DNA of 63,319 nucleotides, filler included, from Basidioascus undulatus (lineage: Eukaryota), in NCBI GenBank assembly GCA_000826855.1. It is 12 parts of 12 records of this genome, joined end to end, with 100 filler letters (N's around TTAATTAATTAA, not from the genome) between each part and the next. Parts side by side here need not be neighbours in the genome. Positions count along the whole stretch, not along the records: positions 1 to 24,461 come from JTLS01000241.1; 11 more parts are not named here. One strand, 5' to 3'. How positions within the stretch are numbered: position 1 is the stretch's first letter; every line of letters begins with the position of its first letter. Of this stretch, positions 1 to 10,262 are shown piece after piece. The notes beneath the pieces were generated by a model. That model did no database searches, was not told where the DNA came from, and saw nothing but the letters and a program-made list of their open reading frames with translations. The translations under genes were made by a program, and so were the position numbers.

Positions 1-65
1 GTTGCAGGTTCGATCCCTGCGTCGGTCAAGGCCGGCTGGCTCAATGGTAGAGTATCTGACTACGA
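1..65 (+). tRNA. tRNA-Arg(ACG) halves in permuted order (3' half 1-28, then 5' half 30-65); incomplete at the window edge
   Basis: T-arm GCAGG-TTCGATC-CCTGC (4-20), acceptor 3' strand GTCGGTC plus discriminator A (21-28). Then acceptor 5' strand GGCCGGC (30-36, pairs 7/7 with 21-27 including two G:U), D-arm GCTC-AATGGTA-GAGT, anticodon stem TCTGA and loop CT-ACG-A (anticodon 62-64). A T5 run follows at 67-71. Confidence 0.8.
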
Positions 66-1261
66 CTTTTTGAGCCTGAGGCTGGCTGTGGCCCACCTCA
101 GCGTTTGCCTTCCTTTTTTCACCTACTTAGTTTTACCTGGAGGGGCATGGCGTCGATGATTTACACATGTACATCCATTCTTTACAAACGTCTCTCATTG
201 GACCCACTTAGGATCAGTTCTTCGGGCTGTCGCTCCCTCTCCGGACTGGCAAGGCAGTCTATGTGGTGCAGCTGCCCGTGCCATTCTGACTCATCATTGA
301 GCGCTTTGGGGATCATAAATGATAATGACGCATAGTATCCATAATGTATTGAGCTAATGAGAGTCATCCTCTTGGGCCAAAAGCATTCATTAGGCTTACT
401 TCAATTTGTGCAGGGCTGGTCGGACGAACTGAAGTTGAGCAAGATCCAACGAAAAGGCCGAAACAGGCAGGGATTATTTGCCTGACGCAGCTGGAGAATA
501 TAGCCAGGGTTGTCTGAGCAGCGCAACTCATAGCTCAATAAGTTACTCCAGTTTCTGGCGCGAGGCAACAGATGGCAAAGCCGAAGTACCCCACGAACCA
601 GCAGGCGTTGACCCAGGCCTAGGCGCTGGCTCAACGTTTTCTCTATGCTGTGTAAGCTGGAAAGAAGATTTGCCTTTCGAACGAACTCATAACAACTACA
701 TGCACCACTTGACAGCCGAACTGCTTCTGTTCATCACCACCACGGCGCAAACCGGGATGCTCGAGATTGCTCTGCCTCCTCCATAAACCATCTGGGCCAA
801 TCACAACGCTTAGGTGCGCCACCTATTTATACCATAACTCCATCTTCGGCTTGAAAAGATCATGGTGCTCTGGTTCTCCTTCTATTAGTTGCCTCTACGC
901 CTCCGCTTCTGGAACTCCACCGTATTCCGCACACAGTCTCTTCACAAGATTTTGAAGCTCTTTTGATCCGTGTGATGTGCTTTTTGGGAATATAGCACTT
1001 CAGGTTGACTTGCTGTGATGTCTACAGCCCTCCTGCGTACAGGCTTCTTACGAGCTTGGCAGTTCCCGGGTCAGGTCCACCCGGCAGTACTCTGAGCGAC
1101 TACCCGGCAGGTAAATGTGGGACAGAGAGACGCAGGAAGAAGATCAACTTGTTCCCTCAAAAAGTGTGTGGAGCGTTCTGAAGATGCCTTTACGAGTTCG
1201 CGCAGCGCTGCTGGCGGGTGTCGCGGCATGAATCCGCCGCCCCTCTCTCCGCGAGACCACC

Positions 1262-2885
1262 ATGTCCTCCCTAGCCCTCCTCATCCCACTCATCTTCGCG
1301 CGCACGCTCCTCGTTCTCCACACACGCACCTTCTTCCAGCCGGACGAACACTACCAGTCGCTCGAGATCGCGCACCGCCTCGTGTTCGGGTACGGCTACC
1401 AGACATGGGAATGGCGGGACACGCGTCCGGCAGACCTGCCCTTCGTCGAGTCCCTCGTCAACGGGCCGATCAGGAGCATCGCGTTCCCTGCCGTGTTTGT
1501 GCCAGCTTATGGGGCGCTGAAGTGGATGGGGCTGGATGAGACGGTGCTGCTGGTGCGTTCAGCGCTCCCTCCAATGTCGTGCGTGCTTGGTTACACCCTC
1601 TGTACACAGACGCTTGCACCCAAACTCGTTCAGGCCGCCATAGCGTCCCTGTGCGACATCTCGACCTACGTTCTTGCGAAGCGCCTTTTTGGGTCGCGCT
1701 ACGCCCCAGCGGCTGTGCGTTTCCTCTCCGCCGAGTCACCTCCCCAATGCTAACCTGTTCCACTGATCCCATCCAGGCCCTACTCTCCATCACCTCCTTC
1801 TTCAACATCATTTCCCTAGGACGGACAGTTTCGAACTCGCTCGAAACGTCTCTGACTGTCACTGCGCTCTGTTTCTGGCCGCACGTGCCCGGACGGTCGT
1901 GCGTCTTGCCCCTTTCGTTACATACTGAGCTTGTCGACTCAATACACCTGGACATACCAGACGTCGAGACCTTCGCATATCCCTCATCCTCGCAGCGCTG
2001 GCGGTTGCCATGCGCCCGACCAACGCCGTCCTCTGGTTCTTTCTCGGCGCTGAGCTCCTCTGCCAGCCGCGCCTCCCTCGCCTCGCGGTCGTGCTCGACT
2101 CCATCCTCATCGGGTACCTCCTCCTTCCCCAATCAACCCCTCCTGGTCTTTGACCATTCCTGTCCCCCAACAGCGTCCTCTCCTCCATCCTCCTCTTCGC
2201 GCTCGACACAGCCTTCTACCGCCGCCCGACCTTCACGCCCCTCTCCTTCCTCGCGCAAAACGTCTTCCGCTCCATCTCCCTCTTCTACGGCTCCTCCCCC
2301 GCGCACTACTACCTCACCCAAGGCCTCCCGCTTCTCTGCCTGACCTCCCTCCCCTTCGCGCTCATCGGCCTCATCCGCGCGTCCTCCCCGTTCGCCCCCC
2401 GCGCAGCGCGCACACTCGCCGCCCTCGTCGCCTGGACAGTGGGCATCTACTCCCTCCTCGCACACAAGGAATGGCGATTCCTCCATCCTATCCTCCCCGT
2501 TCTACACGTCCTCGCCGCGCGCGCGCTGGTCGACGCGTACGCCCGTGTGGAGGAGCGCGCTAAGGAGCCGGAGGCCAACCCGCGCGCAATGGACGGCTAC
2601 ATCCACACGACCTCCGAGCTGCCCGTCACGCCCCTCCCACGCCGCCGCCCACCCCCTTTCCCTTCCTCGCTCCCCGTCCTTTCGGGCGTCTGTGCGAAGC
2701 TCCGAATCCTCCCCGCACACCTCGCGCTCCTCCTTCTCGCCCTCCCGCCCGCGCTGTACCTCGCCCGATACCACATGCACGGGCAGACGGAGATCATGCA
2801 TGTCCTTCGGGAGCTTACGGAGGAGCCCGCCGAGCAGGTCAAGAGCGTGGGGCTCCTCATGCCCTGCCATTCGACGCCGTGGCAG
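1262..2885 (+). CDS. GPI10: GPI mannosyltransferase III (PIG-B/Gpi10), multi-exon; normal C-terminus absent
   Basis: Spliced motifs TRTFFQPDEHYQSLEIAHRLVFGYGYQTWEW, RTVSNSLETSLT, RPTNAVLW, HKEWRFLHP and SVGLLMPCHSTPWQ typical of Alg9-like/PIG-B mannosyltransferases; GT..AG introns. Confidence 0.9.
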
Positions 2886-4354
2886 GCGACGCCGCATAGT
2901 CACCATTACGCGAACGCGAAGGACGCGCTGGAGAGCGGGAAGCACGTCCTGCTTGAGAAGCCGGCCACGGTTAATGCGGAGCAAGCCAAAGCGCTGGTCG
3001 TGCGTACTTTTTTCACTCTGAGGGGGTCAGCTAAGGAGACTGATGGAGTGGACTCCCGGGGTCTGCGCGTGTGAAGGCGCTGGCGAAGGAGAAGGGGCTG
3101 TTCTTCATGGAGGGTGAGCGCGTACGTTGCTGACTGGCTGGCCTGTATGCTGAGTTTTGAACGCGTGTGTGAACAGCCCAGTGGACCAGGTTCTTCCCTA
3201 TCGCCAAGGACATCCGTACGAGCCCTTCCCTCTCTCACTCCGTCTTGCCGACTGCGACAACTGTCGCGTTCTACCTTACCCGAGCAACCCCACTGAGCGT
3301 CTCACTTCCTTACTTCCCTCTTTGAACATCCAGAGCGCGCCGTCCGCGAGGGCGAGATCGGGCAGATCCTACAGGTGCACGCTGACTTTGGGCTGCAGTG
3401 TGTCTTCTCTCCTTCCTCTCCTTCTCCCTTTCCCTTTCCCTCTCCCTCTCCCTCTCTCGCACAGCCCCATCGCTCACTAACCTATTCCGGGATGTCTGAA
3501 GATTCGGCGACCTCCCCCCCACGCACCGAATGATGGACCCGAACCTCGCCGGCGGGTCGTTCCTCGACCTGGGGCCGTACCCGTTGCGTCCCTCCTCCTC
3601 TTCTCTTTCCGCAGAAACACAAGGCAGAGCAGCTGATTAGGGGTGGGTGGGGCGCACAGGCTCATGTGGATCTTGATGACGCTGTACCACCACCCGGACA
3701 ACCACCTCACGCGACCGGTGGTAGCGGGCGCGGTGATAAGGAGGACGTCGACGAACGTGGATGAGTGCGCGGCCGGGTCCACCCCCTTTCCTCACGCTTG
3801 CATTGTCGCTGAATTTGGAGGGAGGCCAGGTCTACCACTGCTTTGTTGAATTTCCCCGCGCTCGGCGCGTCCGCGATCGCGAGCACCAACATGGCTGTTG
3901 CCTCGCTCACGCCGCTCCTTATCAAGGGAACGAAGGGCGAAATCGTCATCCCGGAGCTGCCGCTCTCGAGGCCTGGTGCGTCTTCCCATCCACCTCCCTC
4001 TCCCTCTGCCCCTTCCCCCTTTTCCCCCTTCCGCCCTTCTCACTTTCTCGCTCACACCCCCGCCCGAACTGACACCCAACCCCTCGTGCGCACCACCCAC
4101 TAGAGTCTTACGAGCTGCGCCTCCCCGTCTCCTCGCACAAGTCCTCCAACGAGCGCAACGTGGAGAAGCGCGCGTTCCCGATCCCGCACCACGGCATGCA
4201 CTGGCAGGCGGACGAGGTCGCACGCTGCATCGCTGCGGGGAAGACAGAGAGCGACGTCGTGCCTTGGTCTGAGACGGTGCTGACTGCAGATATCTTTGAT
4301 GAGATTCGTAGGAGGGGGGAGCTGGTGTATCCGGAGGGGGTGGAGGCGGTTTGA
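2886..4354 (+). CDS. Gfo/Idh/MocA NAD(P)-dependent oxidoreductase (dihydrodiol/xylose dehydrogenase-like), lacking the N-terminal GxG motif and continuous in frame with GPI10
   Basis: ATPHSHHY..AKDALESGKHVLLEKPATVNA, GLFFMEA.WTRFFP, DPNLAGGSFLDLGPYP and GMHWQADEVARCIAAGKTES, ending VYPEGVEAV* at 4354. Confidence 0.85.
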
Positions 4355-4599
4355 GGAGGGGGGGCCAGTGCGATGGACGGTATGTGAGGCAACGCGGAGA
4401 CATTGAGTCGTTAGATCATGATGAGCAATTTGGGCCTTTCTGAAGGATGAGCTTTGCGAGGCGATGAAATGATGATGCGTGGACATTATGGGAGACTCCG
4501 TTACATGCAAAATGCCGTTTCGGGACAGACGGGCAGCGACTGATTGAGCTACGCGCTCGTCGAGGATGCTGCTCGTCGAGAATGCTCGGCTGCAAAACA

Positions 4600-4900
4600 C
4601 GTTTCCGCAGACAATGCACGTCGCGAGCGGGGTCCGAGAGGAAGAACGCGTCGTGCGGGGCGTTGGGGAGGATGGACCACATGAGAATAGCCCAAAGACC
4701 GGTGCTACGAGACACCCATCAGCGATGACCGCCTTTTCCCCCGGCCAGAAAACATCGAAGACGTACAAGCCGCACAGGGCAATGAAGATGATCTTCCAGA
4801 ATGCGACGCTGGTGTCGGTGTTGCGGCTCGCGAAGTGGATGATCAAGCCATTGACAACCGAGCTGAAAGCACTGAAGACGATGGCAGTTCGAGTTGGCCT
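4600..4900 (-). pseudogene. Fragment of an ACS/allantoate-permease-family MFS transporter
   Basis: Two exons read RTAIVFSAFSSVVNGLIIHF...AFWKIIFIALCGL and TGLWAILMWSILPNAPHDAFFLS, the typical TM5-6 and central-loop signature. I could not trace intact upstream or downstream exons. Confidence 0.5.
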
Positions 4901-5179
4901 GTGACAGTTTGTTGTGGTGAGTATGTCTGCCTGTTTACATCGCTCAACTCACCATCCCGAAACCCCAGGGGCAGCGGGTAGTCCATCCATTACTAACTGA
5001 ACGAATTTGTTAGAATGCAGAAAGTGACGCTACCTAGCAGATGTTGCGACTGGTCTGTCGAGAAGACATCGAGAGCGCAGGCAGATCGGCAACGCAGCGA
5101 AGTGTAGTGGCAGTGCATCGTCACAATGTAGCCCTCATTAATTGCAAGGGTATTCTTCCGAAAGACCCGGCTTGAGGCT

Positions 5180-8100
5180 TCAGACCAAGTACCTGCATCC
5201 CACCCATAGCATTCAACATCTAGCCGCTCTTTGCTCAACCCGAGAATTGGAAGCTCACCGGAACCTGAGCGACGCGTCCCCGAGCATCACGTCGTCCTCG
5301 ACTTCGCCCTCCTTGCTGTCACTCAGCAGCCTGTCCCGCTTGGCATTTTCGTGCCGCAGCAGTAGGCCCAGCACTCCCGCCAAAATGGCACCGAGGACGG
5401 CTAGGGCAAGGCAGGTGGCGTGGCCAGCCACGTAGCGAGCTGCAGAGGGGTTGCAAGCGGTCAGCGGGCGCGTAAGGGATGGGTGCGAAAAGACGCACGG
5501 GCGTCGGTTTGGGCTGAGAGTTCCAAAGAAGATGGCTTAGTTTCAGGTCGCTAGAACGGGATTCGGAGAGGAGCGGGACTGCGTACGATAAAGGAACGAG
5601 GAGACGATGCCCGCCCTGCAACAGCTCTGCACTTTAGAGGGAGACTCGGGATGCTGTGTTGGTCGCCGCCCACTTACGCATTGCCCACGCTCATGATAAT
5701 GCCCATGCTTGTCGCCCGCCTTTTCAAGAATGTCACAAACGTCAGAAGCCGTCCAGGTGTCCAGGATTGGTGGGACGCCGCTCACTTGTACACCGGCGCG
5801 AACGATCCGCCAGACCACGCCTGTTCGCGCTAGATAATGAGCGGCCGGGATTTGAAGCTTCGTAGCTTCACCCGCAAGAAGGACTCACGAGGGTTGCCAC
5901 CGCCGCCGGTGCAATTCCACTGACAGCAAGGAAAAGCGAGAAATATCGCGGCCCGGGCTTGCTCACGGGCACGGCGAGCAGGATGATGAAGCCGATGCAG
6001 GAGATGGTCGTCCTGCACCATGATGTATTAGCATAAGCAGTATGGAATTATGGGGAAGTCAGGGCAGGCGTACCAGAAAATAATGACCACCGCTCGCCGG
6101 CCAGTGCGGTCGGCGTAGAAGGCCGTCACAACCGTCCTGCTTCCGCCGCGTCAGGCTCGAGTGGGAAGCTCCGGAGGATGTTGAGGTACGGACGTGATCA
6201 CTGCCAGTACGCTACATTGTCCATTGTCAGCCTTGGCTTTTCAGTGTCAACGGTTTGCTTAGACGCACTAGGGCGGGACGCTGTAACGGCCAGTTCAGTC
6301 CCAAGGCCTCTTGCTAGTCCATGCTGAGCCAGGCTGCGTACCTTAGAAGCTGACTCTGCGGGCGCGTCCAGGACCCGAGGGATGAAATAATAGTCGGGGT
6401 AAAAATGGCAAGAGCGTAAAACCCGAGGCCTGACATGGGTGTGCTTTCCGATTAGCTCCTTCCTCACGATGCTAACATCCGGGGGGAGATGCACCGACGC
6501 AAAAGTATATTGCGCTCAGGAAGTAGGTCTTGTCTGTCCACCCTCGACGTATAAGCAGGGTCTTGACTGAGCGTAAATGTCCATCTGCCTTACAGTCTAG
6601 AAGCGCCGACCTGACCTGGTCCCACGTGAAGCGTTCGTTGGCAGCGGTCCCCTGGTCAGTGCGCAACCGCTTCAGAACGAAAGCTCGTTCGCGCTCATTG
6701 AGGAAGCGGGCTGTGTGTAGGCACACGTCGTTAGCAGCGGAGAGAAAACGGAAGCGCCGAAAGCACACCTTCAGCAGGAAGGTCATGGACGAGCCAGAAC
6801 GACGCGGCGGCTATCAGGACAGTAATGATGCCCTCGATGATGCTGGATTGAAGATTGAAATGCGGGGTATTTTAAGCTTTTGGAGAGCGAACATACGTTG
6901 AGGAACACCCACAAGATCCACGCCCACCCGCCTTTGCCGGCTGTGCCGCCCATGCGGCCGATGCCATACGCAAGGATTCCTACGTTTCAACGGCAGTCAG
7001 TCTTTGCGTGGCGATTGAGAGGAAGAGCAGATGCATCGTACCTCCAAAAGCGCCTGCGGCCGTCGCGCCGCTGAAGAGGATTCCGATGCGCAATGTGACT
7101 TCTTCGCGCTTATACCAACAAGTCATGCAGAAGATTACAGCCTGCAGTGCCGTTGCGATGTTAGCCTTCTTGCCCGGCCATCGGCCATCACCAAGTGGTT
7201 AACGCACCGGAAAGAGACCACACTCTGCCAGACCGAGGAGTACGCGTGTCGCCAGTAGCTGTTCGTAAGTCTGCAGTGAGGGAGGGGTAAGCGTGATCGA
7301 GGATGTGAAGGCGCTTCGAATTGGCTAACCTTCACAAGGCCCATGCACGTCCTGCTTATAGAAGTCAGTTTGTTTTCAAGAGGAATTGGGTAATTCACGG
7401 ACATAATGATACCCCTACAACGAGAAAAGACGATTAGCCTTCACTCTCTTAACGGAAGCTGCGCGTGCTCACCATATCAACATCATCACCGGGATCGTGC
7501 GGCTTGGACGAAATCGCTTGACGACGTGGTTCGTGAGGGTTTCGAAAGCCACCTGCAAGCTCAGATTAGCGGCCTGACCTACGAAAATGATGGCCACAGC
7601 CTTCGTACATAGGTACTGCACGAAAGTCAAACGAGCCAGTCGGTCGCCCGTTGGGTTTGAAGAGGTAGAAGAAGGCTCACGCAAAGAAGACGACCAGACA
7701 ATTTTGAAATTGGCGGGAGCTCTGTGGAGTAAGTGCGTCAGTGGTCGGCTGACTTCAACGCAACGTACACACTCACGAGGTTGAGGTCTTCTTGAAGACC
7801 GTCCAGCCTGGCTTGGCCAATGTTGATCTGCGTCGTACGGTTCGGATGTCACAATGGTAGACTATTTAGAAAAGGACCGATAGAACTGACACGGTCCAAG
7901 AAAGACATGAGATCTGGGAAAGGGCGACGTTAGCCCTGTTCTGTCGGTTGTTGTCCGCCGCGCGTACAGAGGAGGGCCATGATGGGGATAAGCCGAAAAT
8001 CTATGCGTCGCTGCGGGCGCGAATAGTGCAAATTAGCCTGTAGACACAGCTAGGGTGAACATGCGGTGGTTACTCACCACGAGCCGCCTCTCCTCCTTAG

Positions 8101-8218
8101 GTGACAAATTGGTGTAGTCCTCTCCCCAAACATTTCCCGCCTCGCCCAGATCTGCAGTGGAGCGAAAGGCCTCCGCAGTACCGAGCTTCTCCACGGCCTT
8201 CATGTCTTGGGTCGCCAT
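5180..8218 (-). CDS. MFS transporter, ACS (Dal5/Tna1-like) family, many short exons
   Basis: MATQDMK...EERRLV start; DQHWPSQAG region (shifted-frame NIGQARL motif); ARFLNERERAFVLKRL; YFSLFLAVSGI; C-terminus RYVAGHATCLAL...ENAKRD...LGDASLRFRYLV*. Confidence 0.8.
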
Positions 8219-9057
8219 TGTGGGAGAATGGATTCGTGAAGAGGGGTAAACGGGAGACGCAAGCCGACCTGGACACGATGCGAAATGGCGGTTCAGGGTT
8301 GTTCGGCTGTGCGCTGAGGACAGCTGACGATGTCTACGGCGCGTCCGCGTGACTGTCGAGCGAGTCCGGCGGCTTGCACGGTGGGAGTACCGGGGTACGG
8401 CGATGGGGGGAACGGTAAACAGGAAGGCAGTTGGAGGATGGGAACGATGAACAGGCTTTTCATCTCGCGCTCAGCACGCGACAAGCGCCACTGCTCCCGA
8501 GCCTAATGCTGTTAGCGCCTGTTGGGTCCCTTTTTTGGGCATGCAGAGTAGTCTGTCGAGATTATCATGTAATTGACTACGTCCCCCCTTGGCTCACTGT
8601 TCCCATTGATAACAGTAAGAATGAAACAGCGGGGCATGGTGATGTTCGATTGGCAGGTCAGTTGAACGGGCAGACGGATTCAGCTGCCCCGCGAAAGCTG
8701 ACTGCGCAAGAGGATACCGTGAGACAACACCCCCTCCCGCTCGTCTTCGACATTTGAGGGGGACAGAGTCCGCCGAACACAGCCTTGCGAGTTTGCCAAT
8801 CAAGCATGCGTGCCGATCTGCTTCCGCACCCCGCAGAGTCCACGACCAGGTCAGTTCGCAGGCCCCTGCCTGCTCACCACCATCATCTCACAGTATCGGC
8901 ACACTCATCCCTCGTTCAGATTCCTTCGCAATCCAAGTACAGAGAATCTTCACTGTAAGCTTCACCTCGAACCTTCACTGTAATCTTTCAACCGCGGTAC
9001 CAGTCTGACCGATCACATGGGGCCGAGCAGCTCAATACTCGCACTCTAGCAATCGAG

Positions 9058-9849
9058 ATGAACACTCTGCCGCACGAGCTCCTTCACCCCATTCTTGTCC
9101 TGGCCGTGGAAACAGCGAAATCCGCGTCTGACGCTTCCCAGCTTCTTCTCGTCTCGTGCACTTGGAACGCGATCGCTTTGCCCTTGATCTACACGTCGAT
9201 CGAGCTCGCCACCAGCAAGCAGCGTCTGTCGCTCACGGCTACCCTGACCGGCTCGAGCTCGTCCGTGCTCCGTCATCTGCTCAAGGACATCCGCATCATT
9301 GTATCGGACGGGATGCGCACTCTCGCTCCTCTGCTTCAATCACTGCCTCCGCGCCTTCGCTCGTTCACTCTCGAGCTTAGGAGGGACATCCCCAACAGCG
9401 GATACGCCTATACGGCCGGCTCGCAGGGGATGGATATCATGACCATGGAAAGCCTTAAGGCGCTGAACCCACTGAAGTGCAAGCTGTGCTTCAGCCAGGA
9501 TGAGAGGACCCAGCTCATCCTCTCCATGGCCGTCCGCCGGTGGACGCATCTGTCTGAAGCGGAGCTCGAATTAACGCAGCCCGGATGGGTTCGTGTCGGC
9601 ATGCTCGAGCCTCTTTCCGGTCTCCCCCTTCGCTCGCTTACGCTTCCCATTCCGGATGCTGCGACGTGCAGAAGGGTTCTGTTACTAAACTTCCAGCCGA
9701 GTCTGGATAGCCTTACGCTCCACTTTTGGCCTGCTCTTCCACTTACTCTTGCGAATCCCAACTGGCTTAGACGTCTTTGCGCTGAGATACAGAACGTCGT
9801 CGCAGCCTATGACGGCCCCATCACTGTGCGCTTCGTCAGCTCCGGCTAG
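9058..9849 (+). CDS. Intronless F-box-like hypothetical protein (263 aa)
   Basis: N-terminus LPHELLHPILVLA...LLLVSCTWNAIALPLIYTSIEL matches the fungal F-box-like pattern, followed by LxxLxL leucine-rich segments. Confidence 0.65.
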   Translation: MNTLPHELLHPILVLAVETAKSASDASQLLLVSCTWNAIALPLIYTSIELATSKQRLSLTATLTGSSSSVLRHLLKDIRIIVSDGMRTLAPLLQSLPPRLRSFTLELRRDIPNSGYAYTAGSQGMDIMTMESLKALNPLKCKLCFSQDERTQLILSMAVRRWTHLSEAELELTQPGWVRVGMLEPLSGLPLRSLTLPIPDAATCRRVLLLNFQPSLDSLTLHFWPALPLTLANPNWLRRLCAEIQNVVAAYDGPITVRFVSSG

Positions 9850-10262
9850 GCTACTCGCATTGCGCTCATCGCCGAAGAGTGATTCATGAACGAGAGTGTG
9901 CGTTGTCTCTCCTTGACCGATTCTGCCCAAGGGGGCTGATGAGAATTGAATTTTTATGCCGCATAGTTGTCTTACTGGAACATCTTGACCACCGACTACC
10001 TGTTACATTTGCCTGATTGTGGACGACATGGATGGACCAGGACGTCTGCCTTTCTGAGCTGGCTCGCGGATGAGTGGTGGAAATTCAATACTGTTAAGTG
10101 TACGGGGCAAGACAACCATGACGACGACGCAGCCCGATTAAGCGTGTTCGTGTTGTGTCAGGACGTGAGAGACATCATACGCGCAACAGTGAATGTTTTC
10201 ATCAACCCGATGTTATGTATCTCAGTCGTATCTTTACATTATTTAACACTACTGCATAAAAC

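Noticed and set aside
105..960. Short ORFs downstream of the tRNA
   Set aside because: No recognisable motifs or consistent exon chain.
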